Positions 14,101 through 27,296 of a stretch of DNA of 64,000 nt are shown piece after piece. Numbering within the stretch: position 1 is the stretch's first letter; each line of letters starts with the position of its first letter. The position numbers and the translations under genes were made by a program. Below the pieces are notes generated by a model, which saw only the letters and a list, made by a program, of their open reading frames with translations, had not been told where the DNA came from and did not search any database. Origin of the DNA: Eledone cirrhosa (lineage: Eukaryota); assembly GCA_964016885.1 (NCBI GenBank), contig OZ024742.1:320788001-320852000 (forward strand), in the 5' to 3' direction.

Positions 14101-17100
14101 GGTGTTGATTGCTGTGGTGGTGTTGATGGCTGTGGTGGTGTTGATGGCTGTGGTGGTGTTGGTTGTGGCGGTATTGATGGCTGTGGTGGTGTTGATTGCT
14201 GTGGTGGTGTTGATGGTTGTGGTGGTGTTGATGGCTGTGGTGGTGTTGATGGTTGTGGTGGTGTTGATGGCTGTGGTGGTGTTGATGACTGTGGTGGTGT
14301 TGATGGTTGTGGTGGTGTTGATGGCTGTGGTGGTGTTGATGGCTGTGGTGGTGTTGATGGTTGTGGTGGTGTTGATGGCTGTGGTGGTGTTGATGGCTGT
14401 GGTGGTGTTGATGGTTGTGGCGGTATTGATGGTTGTGGTGGTGTTGATGGCTGTGGTGGTGTTGATGGCTGTGGTGGTGTTGATGGTTGTGGCGGTTTTG
14501 ATTGCTGTGGTGGTGTTGATGGTTGTGGTGGTGTTGATGGCTGTGGTGGTGTTGATGGTTGTGGTGGTGTTGATGGCTGTGGTGGTGTTGATGACTGTGG
14601 TGGTGTTGATGGTTGTGGTGGTGTTGATGGCTGTGGTGGTGTTGATGGCTGTGGTGGTGTTGATGGTTGTGGTGGTGTTGATGGCTGTGGTGGTGTTGAT
14701 GGCTGTGGTGGTGTTGATGGCTGTGGTGGTGTTGATGGCTGTGGTGGTGTTGATGGTTGTGGCGGTTTTGATGGCTGTGGTGGTGTTGATGGTGTGTGGT
14801 GGTGTTGATGGCTGTGGTGGTGTTGATGGTTGTGGTGGTGTTGATGGCTTTGCTGGTATTGATGGTTGTGGTGGTGTTGATGGCTGTGGTGGTGTTGATG
14901 GCTGTGGCGGTGTTGGTTGTGGCGGTATTGATGGCTGTGGTGGTGTTGATGGTTGTGGTGGTATTGATGGTTGTGGTGGTATTGATGGTTGTGGTGGTGT
15001 TGATGGCTGTGGTGGTGTTGATGGTTGTGGTGGTGTTGATGGTTGTGGTGGTGTTGATGGTTGTGGTGGTGTTGATGGTTGTGGCGGTATTGATGGCTGT
15101 GGTGGTGTTGATGGCTGTGGCGGTGTTGATGGTTGTGGTGGTGTTGATGGTTGTGGTGGTGTTGATGGCTGTGGTGGTGTTGATGGTTGTGGTGGTGATG
15201 GTTGTGGTGGTGTTGATGGCTGTGGTGGTGTTGATGGTTGTGGTGGTGTTGATGGTTGTGGTGGTGTTGATGGCTGTGGTGGTGTTGATGGCTGTGGTGG
15301 TGTTGATGGTTGTGGTGGTGTTGATGGCTGTGGTGGTGTTGATGGTTGTGGTGGTGTTGATGGCTGTGGTGGTGTTGATGGTTGTGGCGGTATTGATGGC
15401 TGTGGTGGTGTTGATGGCTGTGGTGGTGTTGATGGCTGTGGTGGTGTTGATGGCTGTGGTGGTGTTGATGGATGTGGTGGTGTTGATGGCTGTGGTGGTG
15501 TTGATGGCTGTGGTGGTGTTGATGGTTGTGGTGGTGTTGATGGCTGTGGTGGTGTTGATGGTTGTGGTGGTGTTGATGACTGTGGTGGTGTTGATGCTTG
15601 TGGTGGTGTTGATGGCTGTGGTGGTGTTGAGGGCTGTGGTGGTGTTGATGGCTGTGGTGGTGTTGATGGCTGTGGTGGTTTTGATGGCTGTGGTGGTGTT
15701 GGTTGTGGTGGTGTTGATGGCTGTGGTGGTGTTGATGGCTGTGGTGGTGTTGATGGCTGTGGTGGTGTTGGTTGTGGTGGTGTTGATGGCTGTGGTGGTG
15801 TTGATGGCTGTGGTGGTGTTGATTGCTGTGGTGGTGTTGATGGTTGTGGTGGTGTTGATGGCTGTGGTGGTGTTGATGGTTGTGGTGGTGTTGATGGCTG
15901 TGGTGGTGTTGATGGCTGTGGTGGTGTTGATGGCTGTGGTGGTGTTGATGGCTGTGGTGGTGTTGGTTGTGGCGGTATTGATGGTTGTGGTGATGTTGAT
16001 GGCTGTGGTGGTGTTGATGGTTGTGGTGGTGTTGGTTGTGGTGGTGTTGATGGCTGTGGTGGTGTTGATGGTTGTTGTGGTGTTGGTTGTGGTGGTGTTG
16101 ATGGTTGTGGTGTTGTTGATGGCTGTGGTGGTGTTGACGGTTGTGGCGGTATTGATGGCTGTGGTGGTGTTGATGGCTGTGGTGGTGTTGATGGTTGTGG
16201 TGGTGTTGATGGTTGTGGTGGTGTTGATGGTTGTGGTGGTGTTGATGGTTGTGGCGGTATTGATGGCTGTGGTGGTGTTGATGGCTGTGGCGGTCTTGAT
16301 GGTTGTGGTGGTGTTGATGGTTGTGGTGGTGTTGATGGCTGTGGTGGTGTTGATGGCTGTGGTGGTGTTGATGGTTGTGGCGGTATTGATGGCTGTGGTG
16401 GTGTTGATGGCTGTGGTGGTGTTGATGGTTGTGGTGGTGTTGATGGTTGTGGTGGTGTTGATGGTTGTGGTAGTGTTGATGGTTGTGGTGGTGTTGATGG
16501 TTGTGGTGGTGTTGATGGCTGTGGTGGTGTTGATGGTTGTGGTGGTGTTGATGGTTGTGGTGGTGTTGATGGCTGTGGTGGTGTTGATGGTTGTGGTGGT
16601 GTTGATGGTTGTGGTGGTGTTGATGGTTGTGGTGGTGTTGATGGCTGTGGTGGTGTTGATGGTTGTGGTGGTGTTGGTTGTGGTGGTGTTGATGGCTGTG
16701 GTGGTGTTGATGGCTGTGGTGGTGTTGATGGTTGTGGTGGTGTTGATGGTTTTGGCGGTATTGATGGCTGTGGTGGTGTTGATGGCTGTGGCGGTGTTGA
16801 TGGTTGTGGTGGTGTTGATGGTTGTGGTGGTGTTGATGGTTGTGGTGGTGTTGATGGTTGTGGTGGTGTTGATGTCTGTGGTGGTGTTGATGGTTGTGGT
16901 GGTGTTGATGGCTGTGGTGGTGTTGGTTGTGGCGGTATTGATGGCTGTGGTGGTGTTGATGGCTGTGGCGGTCTTGATGGTTGTGGTGGTGTTGATGGTT
17001 GTGGTGGTGTTGATGGCTGTGGTGGTGTTGATGGTTGTGGTGGTGTTGATGGCTGTGGTGGTGTTGATGGCTGTGGTGGTGTTGATGGTTTTGGCGGTAT

Positions 17101-20100
17101 TGATGGCTGTGGTGGTGTTGATGGCTGTGGTGGTGTTGATGGCTGTGGTGGTGTTGATGGCTGTGGTGGTGTTGATGGTTGTGGTGGTGTTGATGGCTGT
17201 GGTGGTGTTGATGGTTGTGCTGGTGTTGATGGCTGTGGTGGTGTTGATGGCTGTGGTGGTGTTGATGGCTGTGGTGGTGTTGATGGTTGTGGTGGTGTTG
17301 ATGGCTGTGGTGGTGTTGTTGGTTGTGGTGGTGTTGATGGCTGTGGTGGTGTTGATGGCTGTGGGGGTGTTGATGACTGTGGTGGTGTTGATAGTTGTGG
17401 TGGTGTTGATGGCTGTGGTGGTGTTGATGGCTGTGGTGGTGTTGATGGTTGTGGTGGTGTTGATGGCTATGGTGGTGTTGATGGTTGTGGTGGTGTTGAT
17501 GGCTGTGGTGGTGTTGATGGTTGTGGTGGTGTTGATGGTTGTGGTGGTGTTGATGGTTGTGGTGGTGTTGATGGCTGTGGTGGTGTTGATGACTGTGGTT
17601 GTGTTGATGGTTGTGGTGGTGTTGATGGCTGTGGTGGTGTTGATGGTTGTGGTGGTGTTGATGGCTGTGGCGGTGTTGATGGCTGTGGTGGTGTTGATGG
17701 CTGTGGTGGTGTTGATGGTTGTGGTGGTGTTGATGGCTGTGGTGGTGTTGATGGCTGTGGTGGTGTTGATGACTGTGGTGGTGTTGATGGCTGTGGTGGT
17801 GTTGATGGTTGTGGTGGTGTTGATGGCTGTGGTGGTGTTGATGGCTGTGGTGGTGTTGATGGCTGTGGTGGTGTTGATGGCTGTGGTGGTGTTGATGGCT
17901 GTGGTGGTGTTGGTTGTGGTGGTGTTGATGGCTGTGGTGGTGTTGATGGCTGTGGTGGTGTTGATGGTTGTGGTGGTTTTGATGGCTGTGGTGGTGTTGA
18001 TGGCTGTGGTGGTGTTGGTTGTGGCGGTATTGATGGCTGTGGTGGTGTTGATGGCTGTGGTGGTGTTGATGGTTGTGGTGGTGTTGGTTGTGGTGGTGTT
18101 GATGGCTGTGGTGGTGTTGATGGTTGTGGTGGTGTTGGTTGTGGTGGTGTTGATGGTTGTGGTGGTGTTGATGGCTGTGTTGGTGTTGATGGTTGTGGTG
18201 GTGTTGATGGCTGTGTTGGAGTTGATGGTTGTGGTGGTGTTGATGGCTGTGGTGGTGTTGATGGCTGTGGTGGTGTTGATGGTTGTGGCGGTATTGATGG
18301 CTGTGGTGGTGTTGATGGCTGTGGCGGTGTTGATGGTTGTGGTGGTGTTGATGGTTGTGGTGGTGTTGATGGTTGTGGTGGTGTTGATGGTTGTGGTGGT
18401 GTTGATGGCTGTGGTGGTGCTGATGGTTGTGGTGGTGTTGATGGCTGTGGTGGTGTTGGTTGTGGCGGTATTGATGGTTGTGGTGGTGTTGATGGCTGTG
18501 GTCGTGTTGATGGTTGTGGTGGTGTTGATGGCTGTGGTGGTGTTGATGGCTGTGGTGGTGTTGATGGCTGTGGTGGTGTTGGTTGTGGTGGTGTTGATGG
18601 CTGTGGTGGTGTTGATGGCTGTGGTGGTGTTGGTTGTGGTGGTGTTGATGGCTGTGGTGGTATTGATGGTTGTGGTGGTGTTGATTGCTGTGGTGGTGTT
18701 GATGGTTGTGGTGGTGTTGATGGTTGTGATGGTGTTGATGGCTGTGGTGGTGTTGATGGCTGTGGCGGTGTTGATGGTTGTGGTGGTGTTGATGGCTGTG
18801 GTGGTGTTGATGGTTGTGGTGGTGTTGATGGCTGTGGTGGTGTTGATGACTGTGGTGGTGTTGATGGCTGTGGTGGTGTTGATGGCTGTGGTGGTGTTGA
18901 TGGTTGTGGTGGTGTTGATGGCTGTGGTGGTGTTGATGGTTGTGGTGGTGTTGATGGCTGTGGTGGTGTTGATGGTTGTGGTGGTGTTGATGGCTGTGGT
19001 GGTGTTGATGGTTGTGGTGGTGATGGTTGTGGTGGTGTTGATGGCTGTGGTGGTGTTGATGGCTGTGGTGGTGTTGATGGTTGTGGTGGTGTTGATGGCT
19101 GTGGTGGTGTTGGTTGTGGTGGTGTTGATGGCTGTGGTGGTGTTGATGGCTGTGGTGGTGTTGATGGTTGTGGTGGTGTTGGTTGTGGCGGTATTGATGG
19201 CTGTGGTGGTGTTGATGGTTGTGGTGGTGTTGATGGCTGTGGTGGTGCTGATGGTTGTGGTGGTGTTGATGGCTGTGGTGGTGTTGATGGCTGTGGTGGT
19301 GTTGATGGTTGTGGCGGTATTGATGGCTGTGGTGGTGTTGATGGTTGTGGTGGTGTTGATGGTTGCGGTGGTGTTGATGGTTGTGCTGGTGTTGATGGTT
19401 GTGGTGGTGTTGATGGCTGTGGTGGTGTTGATGGCTGGGGTGGTGTTGATGGCTGTGGTGGTGTTGATGGCTGTGGTGGTGTTGATGGTTGTGGCGGTAT
19501 TGATGGTTGTGGTGGTGTTGATGGTTGTGGTGGTGTTGATGGTTGTGGCGGTATTGATGGCTGTGGTGGTGATGGTTGTGGTGGTGTTGATGGCTGTGGT
19601 GGTGTTGATGGTGTGGCGGTATTGACGGCTGTGGTGGTGTTGAGGGCTGTGGTGGTGTTGATGGTTGTGGTGGTGTTGATGGCTGTGGTGGTGTTGATGG
19701 TTGTGGCGGTATTGATGGCTGTGGTGGTGTTGATGGTTGTGGTGGTGTTGATGGCTGTGGTGGTGTTGATGGTTGTGGTGGTGTTGATGGTTGCGGTGGT
19801 GTTGATGGTTGTGCTGGTGTTGATGGTTGTGGTGGTGTTGATGGCTGTGGTGGTGTTGATGGTTGTGGTGGTGTTGATGGTTGTGGTGGTATTGATGGTT
19901 GTGGTGGTGTTGATGGCTGTGGTGGTGTTGATGGTTGCGGTGGTGTTGATGGTTGTGCTGGTGTTGATGGTTGTGGTGGTGTTGATGGCTGTGGTGGTGT
20001 TGATGGTTGTGGTGGTGTTGATGGTTGTGGTGGTATTGATGGCTGTGGTGGTGTTGATGGCTGTGGTGGTGTTGATGGCTGTGGTGGTGTTGATGGCTGT

Positions 20101-23100
20101 GGTGGTGTTGATGGCTGTGGTGGTGTTGATGGTTGTGGTGGTGTTGATGTTTGTGGTGGTGTTGATGGCTGTGGTGGTGTTGATGGTTGTGGTGGTGTTG
20201 GTTGTGGTGGTGTTGATGGTTGTGGTGGTGTTGATGGCTGTGGTGGTGTTGATGGCTGTGGCGGTGTTGATGGCTGTGGTGGTGTTGATGGCTGTGGCGG
20301 TGTTGATGGCTGTGGCGGTGTTGATGGTTGTGGTGGTGTTGATGTTTGTGGTGGTGTTGGTTGTGGTGGTGTTGATGGTTGTGGTGGTGTTGATGGCTGT
20401 GGTGGTGTTGATGGCTGTGGCGGTGTTGATGGCTGTGGTGGTGTTGATGGCTGTGGCGGTGTTGATGGCTGTGGCGGTGTTGATGGTTGTGGTGGTGTTG
20501 ATGGCTGTGGGGTGTTGATGGCTGTGGGGTGTTGATGGCTGTGGTGGTGTTGGTTGTGGTGGTGTTGATGGCTGTGGTGGTGTTGATGGCTGTGGTGGTG
20601 TTGATGGTTGTGGTGGTGTTGATGGCTGTGGTGGTGTTGATGGCTGTGGTGGTGTTGGTTGTGGTGGTGTTGATGGCTGTGGCGGTATTGATGGCTGTGG
20701 TGTTGTTGATGGCTGTGGTGGTGTTGATGGCTGTGGTGGTGTTGGTTGTGGTGGTGTTGATGGTTGTGGTGGTGTTGATGGCTGTGGCGGTGTTGATGGC
20801 TGTGGCGGTATTGATGGCTGTGGTGGTGTTGATGGCTGTGGTGGTGTTGATGGCTGTGGTGGTGTTGATGGTTGTGGTGGTGTTGATGGTTGTGGTGGTG
20901 TTGATGGTTGTGGTGGTGTTGATGGTTGTGGTGGTGTTGATGGCTGTGGTGGTGTTGGTTGTGGTGGAGTTGATGGTTGTGGTGGTGTTGATGGCTGTGG
21001 CGGTGTTGATGGCTGTGGCGGTATTGATGGCTGTGGTGGTGTTGATGGCTGTGGTGGTGTTGGTTGTGGTGGTGTTGATGGTTGTGGTGGTGTTGATGGC
21101 TGTGGTGGTGTTGATGGCTGTGGTGGTGTTGATGGTTGTGGTGGTGTTGATGGCTCTGGTGGTGTTGATGGTTGTGGTGGTGTTGATGGTTGTGGTTGTG
21201 TTGATGGTTGTGGTGGTATTGATGGCTGTGGTGGTGTTGATGGCTGTGGTGGTGTTGATGGTTGTGGTGGTGTTGGTGGTTGTGCTGGTGTTGATGGTTG
21301 TGGTGGTGTTGATGGTTGTGGTGGTGTTGGTTGTGGTGGTGTTGATGGCTGTGGTGGTGTTGATGGTTGTGGTGGTGTTGATGGCTGTGGTGGTGTTGAT
21401 GGTTGCGGTGGTGTTGGTTGTGGTGGTGTTGATGGCTGTGGTGGTGTTGATGGTTGTGGTGGTGTTGATGGCTGTGGTGGTGTTGATGGCTGTGGTGGTG
21501 TTGATGGTTGTGGTGGTGTTGATGGTTGTGGTGGTGTTGGTTGTGGTGGTGTTGATGGCTGTGGTGGTGTTGATGGTTGTGGTGGTGTTGATGACTGTGG
21601 AGGTGTTGATGGCTGTGGTGGTGTTGATGGTTGTGGTGGTGTTGATGGCTGTGGTGGTGTTGATGGCTGTGGTGGTGTTGATGGATGTGGTGGTGTTGAT
21701 GGTTGTGGTGGTGTTGGTTGTGGTGGTGTTGATGGCTGTGGTGGTGTTGATGGTTGTGGTGGTGTTGATGGCTGTGGTGGTGTTGATGGCTGTGGTGGTG
21801 TTGATAGTTGTGGTGGTGTTGATGGTTGTGGCGGTGTTGATGGTTGTGGTGGTGTTGATGGCTGTGGCGGTGTTGATGGTTGTGGTGGTGTTGATGGTTG
21901 TGGCGGTGTTGATGGTTGTGGTGGTGTTGATGGCTGTGGCGGTGTTGATGGTTGTGGTGGTGTTGATGGCTGTGGTGGTGTTGGTTGTGGTGGTGTTGAT
22001 GGCTGTGGCGGTGTTGATGGTTGTGGTGGTGATGATGGCTGTGGCGGTGTTGATGGTTGTGGTGGTGTTGATGGCTGTGGTGGTGTTGATGACTGTGGTG
22101 GTGTTGATGGTTGTGGTGGTGTTGATGGCTGTGGTGGTGTTGATGGCTGTGGTGGTGTTGATGGTTGTGGTGGTGTTGATGGTTGTGGTGGTGTTGATGG
22201 TTGTGGTGGTGTTGATGGTTGTGGTGGTGTTGATGGCTGTGGTGGTGTTGGTTGTGGTGGTGTTGATGGTTGTGGTGGTGTTGATGGCTGTGGCGGTGTT
22301 GATGGCTGTGGCGGTATTGATGGCTGTGGTGGTGTTGATGGCTGTGGTGGTGTTGGTTGTGGTGGTGTTGATGGTTGTGGTGGTGTTGATGGCTGTGGTG
22401 GTGTTGATGGCTGTGGTGGTGTTGATGGTTGTGGTGGTGTTGATGGCTGTGGTGGTGTTGATGGTTGTGGTGGTGTTGATGGTTGTGGTGGTGTTGATGG
22501 TTGTGGTGGTATTGATGGCTGTGGTGGTGTTGATGGCTGTGGTGGTGTTGATGGTTGTGGTGGTGTTGGTGGTTGTGCTGGTGTTGATGGTTGTGGTGGT
22601 GTTGATGGTTGTGGTGGTGTTGGTTGTGGTGGTGTTGATGGCTGTGGTGGTGTTGATGGTTGTGGTGGTGTTGATGGCTGTGGTGGTGTTGATGGTTGTG
22701 GTGGTGTTGGTTGTGGTGGTGTTGATGGCTGTGGTGGTGTTGATGGTTGTGGTGGTGTTGATGGCTGTGGTGGTGTTGATGGCTGTGGTGGTGTTGATGG
22801 TTGTGGTGGTGTTGATGGTTGTGGTGGTGTTGGTTGTGGTGGTGTTGATGGCTGTGGTGGTGTTGATGGTTGTGGTGGTGTTGATGACTGTGGAGGTGTT
22901 GATGGCTGTGGTGGTGTTGATGGTTGTGGTGGTGTTGATGGCTGTGGTGGTGTTGATGGCTGTGGTGGTGTTGATGGCTGTGGTGGTGTTGATGGTTGTG
23001 GTGGTGTTGGTTGTGGTGGTGTTGATGGCTGTGGTGGTGTTGATGGTTGTGGTGGTGTTGATGGCTGTGGTGGTGTTGATGGCTGTGGTGGTGTTGATGG

Positions 23101-26100
23101 TTGTGGTGGTGTTGATGGTTGTGGCGGTGTTGATGGTTGTGGTGGTGTTGATGGCTGTGGCGGTGTTGATGGTTGTGGTGGTGTTGATGGTTGTGGCGGT
23201 GTTGATGGTTGTGGTGGTGTTGATGGCTGTGGCGGTGTTGATGGTTGTGGTGGTGTTGATGGCTGTGGTGGTGTTGGTTGTGGTGGTGTTGATGGCTGTG
23301 GCGGTGTTGATGGTTGTGGTGGTGATGATGGCTGTGGCGGTGTTGATGGTTGTGGTGGTGTTGATGGCTGTGGTGGTGTTGATGACTGTGGTGGTGTTGA
23401 TGGTTGTGGTGGTGTTGATGGCTGTGGTGGTGTTGATGGTTGTGCTGGTGTCGATGGCTGTGGTGGTGTTGATGGCTGTGGTGGTGTTGATGACTGTGGC
23501 GGTGTTGATGGTTGTGGTGGTGTTGATGGCTGTGGCGGTGTTGATGGTTGTGGTGGTGTTGATGTTTGTGGCGGTATTGATGGCTGTGGCGGTGTTGATG
23601 GTTGTGGTGGTGTTGATGGTTGTGGTGGTGTTGATGGCTGTGGTGGTGTTGATGGTTGTGGTGGTGTTGATGGCTGTGGTGGTGTTGATGGTTGTGGTGG
23701 TGTTGATGGTTGTGGTGGTGTTGATGGCTGTGGTGGTGTTGATGGTTGTGGTGGTGTTGATGGCTGTGGTGGTGTTGATGGTTGTGGTGGTGTTGATGGC
23801 TGTGGTGGTGTTGATGGTTGTGGTGGTGTTGATGGTTGTGGTGGTGTTGATGGCTGTGGTGGTGTTGATGGTTGTGCTGGTGTCGATGGCTGTGGTGGTG
23901 TTGATGGTTGTGGTGGTGTTGATGGCTGTGGTGGTGTTGATGGTTGTGGTGGTGTTGATGGTTGTGGTGGTGTTGATGGTTGTGGTGGTGTTGATGGTTG
24001 TGGTGGTGCTGATGGTTGTGCTGGTGTCGATGGCTGTGGTGGTGTTGATGGTTGTGGTGGTGTTGATGGCTGTGGTGGTGTTGATGGTTGTGGTGGTGTT
24101 GATGGTTGTGGTGGTGTTGATGGCTGTGGTGGTGTTGATGGTTGTGGTGGTGTTGATGGTTGTGCTGGTGTCGATGTCTGTGGTGGTGTTGATGGTTGTG
24201 GTGGTGTTGATGGCTGTGGTGGTGTTGATGGTTGTGGTGGTGTTGATGGTTGTGGTGGTGTTTATGGTTGTGGTGGTGTTGATGGCTGTGGTGGTGTTGA
24301 GGGTTGTGGTGGTGTTGATGGTTGTGCTGGTGTCGATGGCTGTGGTGGTGTTGATGGTTGTGGTGGTGTTGATGGCTGTGGTGGTGTTGATGGCTGTGGT
24401 GGTGTTGATGGTTGTGGTGGTGTTGATGGTTGTGCTGGTGTCGATGGTTGTGGTGGTGTTGATGGTTGTGGTGGTGTTGATGGCTGTGGTGGTGTTGATG
24501 GTTGTGGTGGTGTTGATGATTGTGGTGGTGTTGATGGTTGTGCTGGTGTTGATGTTTGTGGCGGTATTGATGGCTGTGGCGGTGTTGATGATGTGTGGTG
24601 GTGTTGATGGTTGTGGTGGTGTTGATGACTGTGGTGGTGTTGATGGTTGTGGTGGTATTGATGGTTGTGGTGGTGTTGATGGCTGTGGTGGTGTTGATGG
24701 TTGTGGTGGTGTTGATGGTTGTGGCGGTGTTGATGGTGTGTGGTGGTGTTGATGGTTGTGGCGTTAGTGATGGTTGTGGTGGTGTTGGTTGTGGTGGTAT
24801 TGATGGTTGTGGTGGTGTTGGTTGTGGTGGTGTTGATGGTTGTGGTGGTGTTGGTTGTGGTGGTGTTGATGGTTGTGGTGGTGTTGATGGCTGTGGTGGT
24901 GTTGATGGTTGTGGCGGTGTTGATGGTGTGTGGTGGTGTTGATGGCTGTGGTGGTGTTGATGGTTGTGGTGGTGTTGATGGTTGTGCTGGTGTTGATGGT
25001 TGTGGCGGTATTGATGGTTGTGGTGGTGTTGATGGTTGTGGTGGTGTTGATGACTGTGGTGGTGTTGATGGTTGTGGCGGTATTGATGGTTGTGGTGGTG
25101 TTGATGGTTGTGGTGGTGTTGATGGCTGTGGTGGTGTTGATGGTTGTGGCGGTGTTGATGGTGTGTGGTGGTGTTGATGGCTGTGGTGGTGTTGATGGTT
25201 GTGGCGGTATTGATGGCTGTGGTGGTATTGATGGTTGTGGCGGTATTGATGGCTGTGGTGGTGTTGATGGTTGTGGTGGTGTTGATGGCTGTGGTGGTGT
25301 TGATGACTGTGGTGGTGTTGATGGTTGTGGTGGTGTTGATGGCTGTGGTGGTGTTGATGGCTGTGGTGGTGTTGATGGTTGTGGTGGTGTTGATTGCTGT
25401 GCTGGTGTTGATGGCTGTGGTGGTATTGATGGTTGTGGTGGTGTTGATGGTTGTGGCGTTATTGATGGTTGTGCTGGTGTTGATGGCTGTGGTGGTGTTG
25501 ATGGTTGTGGTGGTGTTGATGGTTGTGGCGGTGTTGATGGTGTGTAGTGGTGTTGATGACTGTGGTGGTGTTGATGGTTGTGGTGGTGTTGATGTCTGTG
25601 CTGGTGTTGATGGCTGTGGTGGTGTTGATGGTTGTGGTGGTGTTGATGGTTGTGGTGGTGTTGATGGTTGTGGTGGTGTTGATGGTTGTGGTGGTGTTGA
25701 TGGCTGTGGTGGTGTTGATGGTTGTGGTGGTGTTGATGGTTGTGGTGGTGTTGATGGTTGTGCTGGTGTTGATGGTTGTGGTGGTGTTGGTTGTGGTGGT
25801 GTTGATGGCTGTGGTGGTGTTGATGGTTGTTGTGGTGTTGAAGACTGTGGTGGTGTTGATGGTTGTGGTGGTGTTGATGGCTGTGTTGGTGTTGATGGCA
25901 ATGGTGGTGTTGATGGTTGTTGTGGTGTTGATGGTTGTGGTGGTGTTGATGGTTGTGGTGGTGTTGATGGTTGTGGTGGTGTTGATGGCTGTGGTGGTGT
26001 TGATGGTTGTGCTGGTGTTGATGGCAATGGTGGTGTTGATGGTTGTGGTGGTGTTGATGGTTGTGGTGGTGTTGATGGTTGTGGTGGTGTTGATGGTTGT

Positions 26101-26420
26101 GGTGGTTTTGATGGCTGTGGTGGTGTTGATGGCTGTGGTGGTGTTGATGGATGTGGTGGTGTTGATGGTTGTGGTGGTTTCGATTGTTGTGGTGGTGTTG
26201 GTTGTGGTGGTGTTGGTTGTGGTGGTGTTGGCTGTGGTGGTGTTGAAGGTTGTTGTGGTGTTGATGGTTGTGGTGGTGTTGATGGTTGTGGTGGTGTTGA
26301 CTGTTGTGGTGGTGTTGGTTGTGGTGGTGTTAGTTGTGTTGGTGTTGGCTTTGGTGGTGTTGAAGGTTGTTGTGGTGTTGATGGTTGTTGTAGTGCTGAT
26401 GGCTGTGGTGGTGTTGGCGC
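5131..26420. repeat. 18-bp minisatellite (GTGGTGGTGTTGATGGYT)n with interspersed 15-bp units, about 21 kb
   Basis: Tandem units read directly. The array degenerates at its right end into (TTG)n/(ATT)n at about 26430-26600. Confidence 0.97.
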
Positions 26421-26619
26421 TAGTCTCCATATTGTTGTTGTTGTTGTTGTTGTTGTATTTTGTAACTCTGATTGTTACCCAGTCACGTGGCAAACAAGAA
26501 ATCGTCATAATTACACATATTGTTGTAGTTGCTGTTATTGTAATTATTATTATCGTCCACCTGGCAAATTATGAAAGAATAATTATTGTTATTATTACTA
26601 TGGTTCATTTTTGGAAGTG

Positions 26620-27296
26620 TCAGGAGATGTTAAACGATCTGGATATTTCTGTTAGGGACCAATCAACAACAAGTTAACAAAGGACCCCACTGCATTCTCT
26701 CCTCTGCCTTACATAGACGACACTTTCCTTAACATCCTTGCTATACCAGCTGTCTTCTTCATGATCTGTAACCTTGCATCTATTCTCAGTCTATTTACCA
26801 AGTCCTCCAAACTGTCTGATATGCATCCCAATGTTCCTTGCACTACTAGAAACTCTAAAACATTTTCTTCCCTACAATTATCCAGCCTCTTCCTTCAGTG
26901 ATTCATACTTCTCCATCGTGTCATGCTCTTTACCTTTCACTCTACTAACTCCTGGGACAGATATATCGATAATTTGGGCCTCTTTGCTCTTCTTATTCAC
27001 AACAAAAAGGTCTGACCTTCTTACCCCAATCATTCTATCGCATTGAATGGTGAAGTCCCACAAAAGCTTAAATTCGTCATTCTCTAACACCCCTTCTGGT
27101 CTCTGTTCATACTATTTAGTTGCTCTGGCAAACACACATTTCTTATATATGATCCAATAGATATATCTGGCAACATTATCATGTTGTCTTGTGTACTCTC
27201 GCTGTGCCAACTTAAAACATTGGCTTATAGTATGGTTGACTGTTTCTCTTTTTGTTCCACACAATCTACATTATTGTGATTCTATCGTTTGTCAAC
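26620..27296 (-). mobile_element. 3' fragment of an RLE-type non-LTR retrotransposon (R4/Dong-like): CCHC knuckle plus restriction-like endonuclease, pseudogenised
   Basis: Minus-strand translation gives CRLCGTKRETVNHTISQC..LAQREYTRQHDNVA..IYW, then LENDEFKLLWDFTIQCDRMIGVRRSDLFVVNKK..IIDISVP..EKYESL. These match the RHD, PD..D and EKY motifs of RLE elements. Stop codons are present. Confidence 0.85.

Noticed and set aside
7590-26027. 6145-aa minus-strand ORF as an annotated gene
   Set aside because: It drifts among the PSTPPQ, HQHHHN and INTTTT readings of the same unit, which is what a non-coding repeat with indels produces. It is kept only as a hypothesis in the findings.
263-26677. Plus-strand poly-Val ORFs (AVVVL, MAVVVL, GCGGVD) up to 2922 aa
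   Set aside because: These are translations of a stop-poor tandem unit that is open in several frames at once, with no domains.
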